This document shows, in pieces, positions 1 through 9,279 of a stretch of 38,128 bases of DNA. Both the position numbers and the translations under genes were made by a program. Position 1 is the stretch's first letter; each line of letters opens with the position of its first letter. Source of the DNA: an uncultured Muribaculaceae bacterium (GTDB lineage Bacteria > Bacillota_I > Bacilli_A > RF39 > UBA660); NCBI GenBank assembly GCA_964431705.1, contig CAYSJY010000001.1, positions 1-38,128 of the forward strand. Direction: 5' to 3'. The notes beneath the pieces were generated by a model. It ran no database searches, was not told the DNA's origin, and saw only the letters and a list, made by a program, of their open reading frames with translations.

Positions 1-25
1 AAAGCTTATCTTTATGATAAGTTTT

Positions 26-451
26 TTAATGTAATTCTTTACATACACCTTCTGCTGGTTCATAAAAACAATGATTTTTATATTTTCCTGAATTAGCTTG
101 GTTATACCATGTTTGGCTGCAACTATTTCCAGAACCAGGAGCATAAAACCATAACGCATTAGTTGCGGGATGAAAGTATTCTCCTCTTATTACTCTTTTA
201 GCTAAATTTTTTTCAGCGGTTGTTGAAGAACTTTGAAAAAGAGAACTATTTATTCCAGAAAATCCACCGGGTGATTGATATACCATGTCTTCAATTGATC
301 TTATATTCGTAAAATCCAGACAATCTGCTATTACCCTGTTTATACCAACATTACCAACCATTAGCATTCCAAGATTTCCTTCCCCTAGTGCTTCTGCTCT
401 CATTAATCTAGCAAGTAAGTCAAGTTCTTTATCAGTGTATTTAACAATCAT
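26..451 (-). CDS. cwlJ: CwlJ/SleB-family spore cortex-lytic cell wall hydrolase (catalytic Hydrolase_2 domain only)
   Basis: 141-aa ORF, the same size as Bacillus CwlJ. Collinear with it by eye across blocks DLLARLMRAEA-GEG, MLMVGNVGINR, ALWFY, WYNQ and HCFYEP. GGTGAT RBS upstream of the ATG. Confidence 0.85.
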   Translation of the reverse strand: MIVKYTDKELDLLARLMRAEALGEGNLGMLMVGNVGINRVIADCLDFTNIRSIEDMVYQSPGGFSGINSSLFQSSSTTAEKNLAKRVIRGEYFHPATNALWFYAPGSGNSCSQTWYNQANSGKYKNHCFYEPAEGVCKELH

Positions 452-467
452 TTACATCACCAATTTA

Positions 468-677
468 TTATATGCAAATAAAACTTTTATTAATTACTTT
501 TGTTTGCGTCTTCACATCACTTGTATTACTATTTTTTTCATCATTTTGATTTATTATTGCAATAACGATAGATATTGCTAAAAAAGTAATTCCTAAAATT
601 ATAAATACTACATCTCTTGTTATTCTAGCTTTCAATTTTTGTTTTTTAGCTTCTTGTACTTGTTTTTCAAAAGTCAT
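468..677 (-). CDS. small single-pass membrane protein, unknown function
   Basis: 69 aa with a GAGGTGA RBS. Lys-rich N-terminus followed by one hydrophobic helix (VVFIILGITFLAISIVIAII). Ends 16 nt before the cwlJ start, so probably co-transcribed. Confidence 0.55.
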   Translation of the reverse strand: MTFEKQVQEAKKQKLKARITRDVVFIILGITFLAISIVIAIINQNDEKNSNTSDVKTQTKVINKSFICI

Positions 678-730
678 GATTTCACCTCATTATTTATATA
701 ATAACATAAATAGTGATTAAATACATTAAA

Positions 731-2062
731 TTATGCTGGTATTGTTAGTTGCTGACCTATTTGGAGAATATCTGAGGTAATATTATTTAATTTTTTAATG
801 TCATCAACCGTGGTGTTATAAGTATTTGCAATAGTCCATAAAGTATCTCCTTTTTGAACAGTATATAACTTATATTTGCTTGTTGTTGGTATTATTAATG
901 TTTGACCTATTTGAAGTGTGTTAGAAGTCAGGTTATTAGCGCTTTTTATTTCATCAACAGTGGTATCATACGTATTTGCTATTTTCCATAAGCTATCACC
1001 TTTTTGAACGGTATATACTATTTGATTTATGGTATCACTTGTTGGTAATATTAATATTTGTCCAATGGATAAAAGATTAGATGATAAATTATTAATGCTT
1101 TTTATTTCATCGACCGTGGTATTATATTTACTAGCAATTGAGTATAAGGTATCCCCACTTTTAACTGTATAAGTGTTTTCATTTTCTTCACTTTCACTAT
1201 CTGTTGGTAATTTTAGAATTTGACCTATCTGAAGTGTATTAGATGTTAAATTATTTAAAGTTTTTAACTCATCAACCGTAGTGTTATATTTATTAGCAAT
1301 TGAGTATAAGGTATCCCCACTTTTAACTGTATAAGTGTTTTCATTTTCTTCACTTTCACTATCTGTTGGTAATTTTAGAATTTGACCTATCTGAAGTGTA
1401 TTAGATGTTAAATTATTTAAAGTTTTTAACTCATCAACCGTAGTATTATATTTATTAGCAATTGCCCAAAGAGTATCTCCTGATGATACTATATAATAAC
1501 CATCTAAATTTTCAGGTAAGTAACTTATGTTAGTATATGCTGCTATTGCTTTTACCACTGCCTCCGCTAATACTTCTTGATTTTCTTTTAAAAATGATGC
1601 TTCATCTTCGTCTGAAACATTACCATAATCAATTACAATTGTTTGATTACTTCCAGTATTTCTAATTAAATAATCATCATCTAACGCAGTGTCATCTTCA
1701 TTTCTTAACTGAAAATATTTTGTTACATTAGCACCAATGCTTTCTAAGTCAGTAGCTATCTCAGATGCTAAATTACTATTGTTTCTAAGCGGATACATTA
1801 TTTCTACTCCTGTATCTCCTTCGCTTCTTAGTCTGTTTGAAATTACTATTATATCATCGCCAGTACCATAGTTACTTTGAATAGCATTTATTTTTTCATC
1901 AATTGTTAAGTTGTCATCTTCATCCACAAAAAAACTTTCTATACCTAAATTATTTAATCTTTTAGCTATATAACTTGATATTTCATTAGTGTAGTCTTTT
2001 TCATTTATATCATTAGCGGATACGTTTTCATTAGATGAAGTAATCGCAACTTTGTAAGTCAT
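731..2062 (-). CDS. cell-wall binding protein: N-terminal Amidase_3-like domain (apparently lacking the His zinc ligands) plus five LysM repeats
   Basis: 443 aa with a GGAAAGGA RBS. Five copies of Y-x-V-x-x-GD-[ST]-L-[WY]-x-IA-x-x-Y-x-T-T-V-D-[ED]-[IL]-K-x-x-N-x-[LI]-[ST]-S-x-x-L-x-IGQ-x-L-x-[LI]-P, which is LysM. The N-terminal 180 aa follows the MurNAc-L-Ala amidase type-3 layout (EKD..., GVEIMY, IVIDYGNVS). Confidence 0.8.
   Translation of the reverse strand: MTYKVAITSSNENVSANDINEKDYTNEISSYIAKRLNNLGIESFFVDEDDNLTIDEKINAIQSNYGTGDDIIVISNRLRSEGDTGVEIMYPLRNNSNLASEIATDLESIGANVTKYFQLRNEDDTALDDDYLIRNTGSNQTIVIDYGNVSDEDEASFLKENQEVLAEAVVKAIAAYTNISYLPENLDGYYIVSSGDTLWAIANKYNTTVDELKTLNNLTSNTLQIGQILKLPTDSESEENENTYTVKSGDTLYSIANKYNTTVDELKTLNNLTSNTLQIGQILKLPTDSESEENENTYTVKSGDTLYSIASKYNTTVDEIKSINNLSSNLLSIGQILILPTSDTINQIVYTVQKGDSLWKIANTYDTTVDEIKSANNLTSNTLQIGQTLIIPTTSKYKLYTVQKGDTLWTIANTYNTTVDDIKKLNNITSDILQIGQQLTIPA
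1134..1457. repeat. near-perfect 2 x 162-nt in-frame tandem duplication inside the LysM gene
   Basis: Unit gcaattgagtataaggtatcc...tatatttattagca recurs with period 162 nt (54 aa: one LysM module plus the acidic TDSESEENEN linker). I see only one or two mismatches over the unit. Confidence 0.9.
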
Positions 2063-2141
2063 AAAACCAGTCCTTTCCTATGATAATTTTATGTAAATAT
2101 TTATGAAATAAAACAAATATACATTAGTAGGAGGTTATTAT

Positions 2142-2837
2142 ATGTTAGCAATTGTATCTTCAGATAGATGTTATGTAAATGATTTATTAGAAAAACTTAC
2201 TTTTTCTAAAGAATTAAGTCCAAATAAAACAGAACTTTATAAGTGTAATTATAAAGAACATGAGTTTTTAATTATGGTTTTAGGTTATGGAAAAGTAAAC
2301 ACAGGAAGTTCACTAAGGTATTTATGCGAAAAATATAAAATAACAGTAGTACTAACTATTGGAACTTGCGGTAGTGTAAGTGATTCAAATGATATTTTTA
2401 GTGTAATAATACCAACTTCATCATTACAATTCGATGTTGATTTTATGCCAAATGGGTATTTGCAAGCAGTGATTCCAAATTTAAGTAAGGGTGTGTATAA
2501 AACTAATGAAGACGTAAATGATTGTTTAAAAAGAGCTTGTAATTTATCAAATGTTAGTTATTCTACTAACTTAATAGCTTCATCTGATATGTTTGTTTCA
2601 AATTATAGTTTAGCAAATTCAATAAGAAGAGAATATAATGCGTCAGCGGTTGATTGTGAATGTGGTAGTGTGGGGGAATATTGTTTTATTAATAATATTT
2701 CTTATTCATGCATAAAAGGTGTATCTAATTTTGCTAATAACAATGGGATTAAACAATTTAATTTATATGATGATGAATCATCTAAAATAGTACAAAGAGT
2801 TACTTATAAATTTTTAAAAGAATTTTATGAAGCATAA
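2142..2837 (+). CDS. PNP_UDP_1 family protein related to MTA/SAH nucleosidase (possibly catalytically divergent)
   Basis: 231 aa with an AGGAGG RBS. Collinear with E. coli MtnN blocks: GYGKV (GIGKV), TIGTCGS (NTGSAGG), SSDMF (SGDAF), AVDCEC (AVEMEA), KGVSN (RAISD). Confidence 0.65.
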   Translation: MLAIVSSDRCYVNDLLEKLTFSKELSPNKTELYKCNYKEHEFLIMVLGYGKVNTGSSLRYLCEKYKITVVLTIGTCGSVSDSNDIFSVIIPTSSLQFDVDFMPNGYLQAVIPNLSKGVYKTNEDVNDCLKRACNLSNVSYSTNLIASSDMFVSNYSLANSIRREYNASAVDCECGSVGEYCFINNISYSCIKGVSNFANNNGIKQFNLYDDESSKIVQRVTYKFLKEFYEA

Positions 2838-2874
2838 TTTAGTTAAAATTATCTAAAATAATATTGGTGATGTT

Positions 2875-3342
2875 ATGAAAAAAAGAGATTGGAAACGATT
2901 GATAATTATTATTGTAATTACTTTTTTAGTTGGTTCTTTCTTTAGTATTTTAACGATGAATAACATGGAAACTTTTAAGGCACTGGAAAAACCAGTTAAC
3001 GTACCCGGTTTCATTTTTCCTGTTATTTGGAGCATTCTTTATTTATTAATGGGTATTTCTTGTTATATAATAACAACTAAAGATGATGAAAATAAGGATG
3101 ACGCAATTGTTTGGTATGTAATTCAACTTGTTATTAATTCTTTTTGGAGTTTAATTTTCTTTGGTTTTAATGCTTATTTATTTGCGTTTATTTGGCTTCT
3201 TTTACTTTTGATATCAATTATTATTATGATTATTAAGTTTTATAAAATAAGCAAACTGGCTGCTTATTTAAACGTATTTTATATTTTATGGGTTTTATTC
3301 GCAGGATATTTAAATTTAAGTATATATTTTTTAAACAGATAA
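2875..3342 (+). CDS. tspO: TspO/MBR family tryptophan-rich sensory protein
   Basis: 155 aa with five hydrophobic helices. Family-typical blocks KP..VPG.IFPVIWSILYLLMG and NSFWSLIFFG. Confidence 0.8.
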   Translation: MKKRDWKRLIIIIVITFLVGSFFSILTMNNMETFKALEKPVNVPGFIFPVIWSILYLLMGISCYIITTKDDENKDDAIVWYVIQLVINSFWSLIFFGFNAYLFAFIWLLLLLISIIIMIIKFYKISKLAAYLNVFYILWVLFAGYLNLSIYFLNR

Positions 3343-3360
3343 AAAAATTATCTGTTTTTA
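3333..3360 (+). terminator. rho-independent terminator after tspO
   Basis: aaacagata / tatctgttt 9-bp stem followed by a T-run; overlaps the stop codon. Confidence 0.7.
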
Positions 3361-3429
3361 AATTAACACTTGATTTTGTTATATGCATATTATAAAATTA
3401 TAAGGCATATAAAAAAAGGAGGCTATAAA

Positions 3430-3966
3430 ATGAAAAAAAATAATAATAAAGAAAAAGGTTTAAATGAAAAAATATCAGTTGCAGAACTTAGAATGTATGA
3501 GGGGTTTTATGATGGTAAAGACAGGTGTTTACCACTTACTAAAATGATTGTTGCAAGAGACAATGATTTATGTTTAGATATTAAAACAGGAGAAAAATGT
3601 GACGTTTATGAAATGATTAATAATAAACTAGAACCAAAAACTTCATATAGTGATGAGTTACAGTTGGGTGATTTATTCATAATGATTGAAAAAGATTTGG
3701 CTTATAACACAAACATCTTTGATTACATGATTGAAAGTGATGATTTTTATTTTGATAGATTACCTTACCTACAGGAAAGATTTGATTTATATTCTAAATC
3801 ATCAACGTCATACGTATTGCCTGAACTAATAAGATATAAAAAGAAAATAGCAAAAGATCGTGATGAAAGAAGAAAAATGAGATCTTTATTAGAAGAACGT
3901 AAAATATTAAAAAATTATAATAATAAGGTTAAAGTGATTAAAATAAACACCAAGAAAAAGTATTAG
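3430..3966 (+). CDS. hypothetical protein (178 aa, basic termini)
   Basis: ATG at 3430 preceded by AAAGGAGG; the track start at 3370 has no RBS. I recognise no domain. Confidence 0.6.
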   Translation: MKKNNNKEKGLNEKISVAELRMYEGFYDGKDRCLPLTKMIVARDNDLCLDIKTGEKCDVYEMINNKLEPKTSYSDELQLGDLFIMIEKDLAYNTNIFDYMIESDDFYFDRLPYLQERFDLYSKSSTSYVLPELIRYKKKIAKDRDERRKMRSLLEERKILKNYNNKVKVIKINTKKKY

Positions 3967-3985
3967 ATGGTGTTTATTTTATTAA
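3941..3985 (+). terminator. rho-independent terminator
   Basis: aaataaacacc ... ggtgtttattt 11-bp stem spanning the stop codon, followed by a T-rich run. Confidence 0.6.
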
Positions 3986-4062
3986 AAATAATTAATATTT
4001 AAAAAAATAAGTGAAAAATATTGAATTTTATTATATAATATATCATTAAGAAGGTGAGTCAA

Positions 4063-4764
4063 ATGGCTTATATAGAATTTAAGAACGTTGATAAAACATA
4101 CCAAATGGGTGATATAAAAATAAGGGCCTTAAACAAGACGTCCTTTAAAATAAATAAGGGAGAATTAGTTGTAATATTAGGTCCATCAGGTGCTGGAAAA
4201 ACAACTTGTTTAAACATATTAGGTGGTATGGATACCGTAACTAGTGGTGATGTTATGGTAGATGGGGCTAACATTACGAATTATACTGAAAAAGACCTTA
4301 TTATGTATCGTAGAAATAACATCGGTTTTGTGTTTCAATTTTATAATTTAGTACAAAATTTAACAGCTCTTGAAAACGTTGAGTTAGCGGTTCAACTTTG
4401 TAGGGATCACTTAAGTCCAAAAATGATTCTTAATAAAGTCGGATTACAAAAAAGAATTGATAATTTTCCTTCTCAATTATCCGGTGGAGAACAACAAAGG
4501 GTCGCTATTGCTCGCGCGATTGCTAAAAATCCAAAACTTCTTTTGTGTGATGAGCCGACTGGAGCACTTGATTATAAAACCGGAAAACAGATTTTGAAAT
4601 TACTAGAACAAACAGCAAGAAAAGAGGGAATGACTGTTATCATAATTACTCATAATGCCGCGATTGCGCCGATGGCTGATAAAATTATAAAGTTTAAAAA
4701 CGGAAGCGTAAGTGACGTTGTTATAAATAAAAAACCAAAAAGTATTGATGAAATAGAGTGGTAG
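4063..4764 (+). CDS. ABC transporter ATP-binding protein (MacB/LolD/FtsE-like)
   Basis: Walker [10 protein letters not shown], signature [14 protein letters not shown], Walker [10 protein letters not shown]-loop ITHN. ATG at 4063 follows GAAGGTGAG; the track GTG at 4054 lies inside that RBS. Confidence 0.92.
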   Translation: MAYIEFKNVDKTYQMGDIKIRALNKTSFKINKGELVVILGPSGAGKTTCLNILGGMDTVTSGDVMVDGANITNYTEKDLIMYRRNNIGFVFQFYNLVQNLTALENVELAVQLCRDHLSPKMILNKVGLQKRIDNFPSQLSGGEQQRVAIARAIAKNPKLLLCDEPTGALDYKTGKQILKLLEQTARKEGMTVIIITHNAAIAPMADKIIKFKNGSVSDVVINKKPKSIDEIEW

Positions 4765-4766
4765 TT

Positions 4767-7700
4767 ATGAAAAACAGAATTAATACTATTTGTTTTAGAG
4801 AGATAAAAAAATCTTTTAAGAGATTTTTATCACTTCTTGTAATGAGTTTACTTGGTGTTGGTGTTTTTGTTGGAATTGCAATGGCAGCACCTTGTATGAT
4901 GAAGTCAATTGATGAGTATTATGATGATAGTAATTATTATGATATAAGACTTATATCCACACTTGGTTTTACTGATGAATCGGCATCAGAAATAGAAAAA
5001 TTAGATTCAATAAGTGCTGTTTATTTATCTAATTCAAAAGATGTTTTAATGGATTTAGCGGATAATGAATCAGTTGTTAAGTTAATATCTATAAATGATG
5101 ATGTAAATCAAATAGAAATAACCAGCGGAAGAAAACCTAAATTGAATGATGAAATTGTTGTAGAAGAGGCGTTACTTACTGATAATAACTTAGAAATAGG
5201 GGATTATATTAGTATAGAAAGCGATGATAGTTTCAAAGAAACTAAACTAAAGATAGTTGGAACAGTTAAAAGCCCGTTATATATAACTAATGCAACAACA
5301 TCATCAAACAGGGGTAATACTAGTTTAGGAACTGGTAAAATAAATTATTATGCATATATATTAAATGATAATTTTAACTTAGATTATTATACAGATATGT
5401 ATGTTACCGTAAAAAACGCTAAAGAAGAAATAACTAATTCTGATAGTTATATTGAATTAATTAATCAAGCCTTAAAGGAAATAGATAGTGTTAAAGAAAA
5501 ATCAGAACAGTTAAGATATGATGAGATATATAGTTTATATGAGGACGAAATATTAAAAAGTGAGCAGGAAGGGTTAGAAAAATTAGATAGTGCTAAACTA
5601 GAACTTGATGATGCTAAACTAGAACTTGATAGTGGAAAGCAAGAACTTGTTGATGCAAAAGCGTCGCTGGATGAGGCTTATTCTTCTCTTTCTTCAAACA
5701 AGGCTTTAATTGATGCTTTTAAAACAGAATTAGATAGTGTTAAATTAGAACTTGATAATGCTAAAAAACAGATAGAACAAGCAATAAATGATGTTAATGA
5801 TAGTTTATCATCATATGGAATCACTTATGAAAATTTATTATCATTAAGTAGTGATTTGTATGATGATACCATTACTAAACCAATTATTATAAGTCTAATT
5901 CCAGAGTCTTTGGAAAATTATGATGATATAATAAATGGTATTAATGAGACGTATGAATTAGGCTTAGATGATAAAATAATAGATTTTATAAAAGGTGATA
6001 TAACTTATGATGAACTTATAAATAGCATTCCAGAAGATAGTGATAATTATGAAGTTATAATAAGTGCCATGTCGGAATTATCATATTTGATTGAAAATGA
6101 TTATTTTAATGAATCAGAAGCAGTTGAAGTGATAATAGATAATTTACCTTCAAGCACTCCTTATTATGAAGAAATAATAAGTTTATTAACTATTTATAAA
6201 GATAATATTGATGATATAAAAACTTTATTTGATTCAGTAGAAAAAATAAAAGAAGCACAAGAAGCATATGAAGATGGGCTAAGTTCATATAATGATAAAT
6301 TATCTGAGTATGAAAGTGCGTATACCTTATACATAAGTTATTATAATGATTATCAAAGTGCTCTTACTTCGTATAATGATGGTTTATCCACCTATAATAG
6401 CAATTTAAATTTATATAATTCTAATTTAGAAGAGTACTATAATAGCAGGGCTTTATTTGAAAAAGAAATAAGTGATGCATATGATAGTTTAGATGAATTA
6501 CCAGAGTGTACTTTGTATGTGTATGACAGATTAGATGATAGTAATTATCAAGAATATATTAATGATAGTAATAGTGTTGCTAATTTAGCTAAGGTATTTC
6601 CAACTATTTTCTTTGTCGTTGCGATATTAATTAGTCTTATTTCTACATCTAGAATGGTAGAAGATGACAGAGGAGAAATAGGAACGTTAAAATCACTTGG
6701 CTTTAGTAATAAACAAATTAGAAAAAAATATATTTTATATGCTTTTTTGGCGTGTTTTATAGGATGCGTTATTGGGTGCCTTTTAGGATTCTTCTTACTT
6801 CCAAGATATATTTTTAACATATATAAAATAATATTTGACATACCTAACTTCGTGATGGCATATGATTTTACTTATGTTATAATAGGGTCTTTAATCGCTA
6901 TAGTATGCATTTGTGGAACAACTATTTTAACAATAAGAAAAGTAGTAAAAGAAAAACCATCAGAGTTAATGAGACCAAAGGCTCCTTCAAAAGGGAAAAG
7001 GGTTTTATTAGAGAAAATACCATTTATTTGGAATAAACTAAGTTTTTCTAATAAAGTTATAGTAAGAAATATATTTAGGGATAAAAAAAGAGTTTTAATG
7101 ACAATAATCGGTATTTTAGGTTGTACTGGACTAATTCTTGCTGGTTTTGGAATTAGGGATTCAATCGTTAACATACCAACATATCAATATGAAAACGTGT
7201 TTGATTTTGATAATATGGTTTATTTAAGCAGTGATTTATCTAGTGATGAAATTGATGATTTGTTTAGTTACGATAAAATAAAAAATACGTTAAACACTAA
7301 CATAATAAGTGGAACATCAAATGGTTATAGTATTAATATATTAACCATGGAAGATGATGAGGATAATAGTATAATTAGTTTAAATGACATTAATACAAAA
7401 GAAGAACTTGATTTAGAGGATAATAAAGTAATAATTACGGATAAGTTAGCAGATTTGGCTAACGTTAAGGTAAATGATACTATTATAATAGAAGATGCAA
7501 ATGGTACAGAATATGAATTTATTGTATCAGGGATATGTGAAAATTACGTTGGGCACTATGTTTTTATGAATAAAACAACATATGAAAATAATATTGGTGA
7601 TTATAGTACTAACGTTGTGTTTTTAAAGGCAACTGATAGTAAATACGAAAATGAAATAGCGAGAACTTTATTAAATAGTGACGATGTAATGACCGTTGTT

Positions 7701-8147
7701 TCAACAGAAAGCACAATAAAAACGGTTGATGATATGTTAGGATCTCTTGATAGTGTTGTTGTCATTTTAATAATTTTATCAGCTTGTTTATCATTCGTTG
7801 TTTTATATAATTTATCATACATAAACATAAGTGAAAGAAAAAGGGAAATAGCAACTCTTAAAGTATTAGGGTTTACCAATAAAGAAGTTGATAATTACAT
7901 TAACAAAGAAACTATTATATTAACTATTATAGGTATAGCTTTTGGACTTTTATTTGGCGTTTTCCTAACTAATATAATAATTAATACCGTTGAAATAGAA
8001 GCGGTAAGATTCATTCATCACATAAATGTTTTAAGCTTTATTGGAGCGGCTTTAATTACCATAGTATTTACTTTTATGGTAACCATAATTACACATTATT
8101 CACTAAAGAAAATTGATATGATTGAATCATTAAAAAGCGTAGAATAA
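4767..8147 (+). CDS. FtsX/MacB-type ABC transporter permease with duplicated FtsX modules and a very large coiled-coil extracytoplasmic insert
   Basis: About 1126 aa, starting 2 nt after the ATPase stop. Two FtsX-type blocks (SLGFSNKQIRKKY... and VLGFTNKEVDNYI...), each followed by TM helices. Between TM1 and the first block lie about 560 aa of heptad-like, Asp/Glu/Leu/Ser-rich sequence (LDSAKLELDDAKLELDSGKQELVDAK...). Confidence 0.85.
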   Translation: MKNRINTICFREIKKSFKRFLSLLVMSLLGVGVFVGIAMAAPCMMKSIDEYYDDSNYYDIRLISTLGFTDESASEIEKLDSISAVYLSNSKDVLMDLADNESVVKLISINDDVNQIEITSGRKPKLNDEIVVEEALLTDNNLEIGDYISIESDDSFKETKLKIVGTVKSPLYITNATTSSNRGNTSLGTGKINYYAYILNDNFNLDYYTDMYVTVKNAKEEITNSDSYIELINQALKEIDSVKEKSEQLRYDEIYSLYEDEILKSEQEGLEKLDSAKLELDDAKLELDSGKQELVDAKASLDEAYSSLSSNKALIDAFKTELDSVKLELDNAKKQIEQAINDVNDSLSSYGITYENLLSLSSDLYDDTITKPIIISLIPESLENYDDIINGINETYELGLDDKIIDFIKGDITYDELINSIPEDSDNYEVIISAMSELSYLIENDYFNESEAVEVIIDNLPSSTPYYEEIISLLTIYKDNIDDIKTLFDSVEKIKEAQEAYEDGLSSYNDKLSEYESAYTLYISYYNDYQSALTSYNDGLSTYNSNLNLYNSNLEEYYNSRALFEKEISDAYDSLDELPECTLYVYDRLDDSNYQEYINDSNSVANLAKVFPTIFFVVAILISLISTSRMVEDDRGEIGTLKSLGFSNKQIRKKYILYAFLACFIGCVIGCLLGFFLLPRYIFNIYKIIFDIPNFVMAYDFTYVIIGSLIAIVCICGTTILTIRKVVKEKPSELMRPKAPSKGKRVLLEKIPFIWNKLSFSNKVIVRNIFRDKKRVLMTIIGILGCTGLILAGFGIRDSIVNIPTYQYENVFDFDNMVYLSSDLSSDEIDDLFSYDKIKNTLNTNIISGTSNGYSINILTMEDDEDNSIISLNDINTKEELDLEDNKVIITDKLADLANVKVNDTIIIEDANGTEYEFIVSGICENYVGHYVFMNKTTYENNIGDYSTNVVFLKATDSKYENEIARTLLNSDDVMTVVSTESTIKTVDDMLGSLDSVVVILIILSACLSFVVLYNLSYINISERKREIATLKVLGFTNKEVDNYINKETIILTIIGIAFGLLFGVFLTNIIINTVEIEAVRFIHHINVLSFIGAALITIVFTFMVTIITHYSLKKIDMIESLKSVE

Positions 8148-8162
8148 AAAATAGTACTTGTT

Positions 8163-8651
8163 TTAAGTACTGTTTTTTTGATTGAATTTTATCTTACTTG
8201 CTATGATTTGTTTTCTTCTTTTAACTTTTAGTTTTGTTTCAATGTTACCAGATAAAGCATTGTATGTTGATTCCCATATGAAAATCCATCCCATTATCAA
8301 AATTATTTCTGTTAAAGCTATTTCTTTATTAATAAAATAATACATAATTAAAAATAACATCCCTATAAAAAACATTATCCAATTTATAACATTTGCTTTT
8401 TTAGATATTTTGATAATTTCACTAACATTAATCCCAAAACAACTTCTTATCATATTAACAAATTGATTTTTTTCCTCATCACTCATTTCAAATTCATGAG
8501 TAATTATAAAATTTATCTTTTTTTTAGGGTCAGTAGCTTTTACTTCCTCTAATATATATTCCCTTAAATTATCTGATAATTTATTTTTGTTATAATTATT
8601 AATATAATCATCTTTTTTTGTTAAATTTATCTCAATTATTTCTTCTTTCAT
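8163..8651 (-). CDS. hypothetical membrane protein (two predicted TM helices)
   Basis: ATG at 8651 has an AAAGGA RBS 8 nt upstream; the track start at 8666 does not. Acidic N-domain, then WIMFFIGMLFLIMYYFI and IILIMGWIFIW hydrophobic segments. Confidence 0.55.
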   Translation of the reverse strand: MKEEIIEINLTKKDDYINNYNKNKLSDNLREYILEEVKATDPKKKINFIITHEFEMSDEEKNQFVNMIRSCFGINVSEIIKISKKANVINWIMFFIGMLFLIMYYFINKEIALTEIILIMGWIFIWESTYNALSGNIETKLKVKRRKQIIASKIKFNQKNST

Positions 8652-8723
8652 TTTATATCCTTTCATAATTAATTATAACAAAAACTTTAGGTTTTTATCA
8701 TTTTATTTTAATAATCGTATTAA

Positions 8724-8737
8724 CAAACATCTGTTTT
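8724..8737. promoter_or_regulatory. candidate LexA/SOS-type operator (AAAC-N4-GTTT)
   Basis: caaacatctgtttt matches 11 of 14 positions of the perfect palindrome at 10539-10552. It lies 73 nt upstream of the minus-strand membrane-protein start. Confidence 0.3.
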
Positions 8738-8961
8738 TTATATAATATCTTAGTTAATAAAATAAGAATTAAATTGAATAAAGTTGATAAAGAATTTAAT
8801 AAATTAGTTGGTGATATGAAAGATAGTAACATTAATTAAAATGGATATAGAAAGTTTTTGGCAAAAAGCTTTGGAAAGATTAAACATAATATTAAAATGA
8901 GCATTCAAAATTATTAATATTTGTTTATCATAATCATGAGAACTTATATAAAAACATACTT

Positions 8962-9279
8962 TTAATGGTACGTTTTTTCTATTTTAATTATGTCGTCAAA
9001 TAATATTTTACTGTTATTTAGGCAAATGATTTTATTTGCTTTATCTATTTTTTTAACCTTGCCAATTGTTTCTATATAATTTACGTTATGATAGTGTTTT
9101 ATTAATACATTATCAATTTTTTTAATGCTTAATATGGTTTTGTTAATATCGTTTAAGTTGTCTTCTGATAACTCTTTTTTATCATCTTTTTGTTTTTCTT
9201 CTTTTTCGATTAGTTCGTAAAAACCTTTTAAAGAGTCAAATGGTAAAAACTGTTTTGCTCTATTTAAGTTACTCTGCAT
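8962..9279 (-). CDS. yolD: YolD-like protein (accessory to UmuC/UvrX-type polymerases)
   Basis: 105 aa. N-terminal RAKQFLPFDSLKGFYELI block and C-terminal G.VKKID....I.L....I.FDDII.I, typical of clostridial YolD-like proteins. Overlaps the end of the polymerase reading frame by 11 nt, the usual uvrX-yolD arrangement. Confidence 0.7.
   Translation of the reverse strand: MQSNLNRAKQFLPFDSLKGFYELIEKEEKQKDDKKELSEDNLNDINKTILSIKKIDNVLIKHYHNVNYIETIGKVKKIDKANKIICLNNSKILFDDIIKIEKTYH

Noticed and set aside
3370-3429. Longer N-terminal extensions offered by the ORF track (3370, 4054, 4758, 18966, 20412, 22623, 23342, 26469, 31062, 35203, 17105)
   Set aside because: In each case a downstream ATG is preceded at 5-9 nt by a GGAGG-like RBS. 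The upstream start lies inside that RBS or lacks one, so I used the downstream starts.
5592-5630. 21-nt tandem repeat (gctaaactagaacttgat x2) as a regulatory or CRISPR-like repeat
   Set aside because: It is in frame inside the permease coiled coil (AKLELD-D/S duplicated). It is a simple heptad duplication, not an independent element.
8760-8960. Tiny ORFs (MKDSNIN*, MDIESFWQKALERLNIILK*) downstream of yolD as toxin/antitoxin peptides
   Set aside because: They have no RBS and no partner, are very short, and are more consistent with debris of a lost gene.
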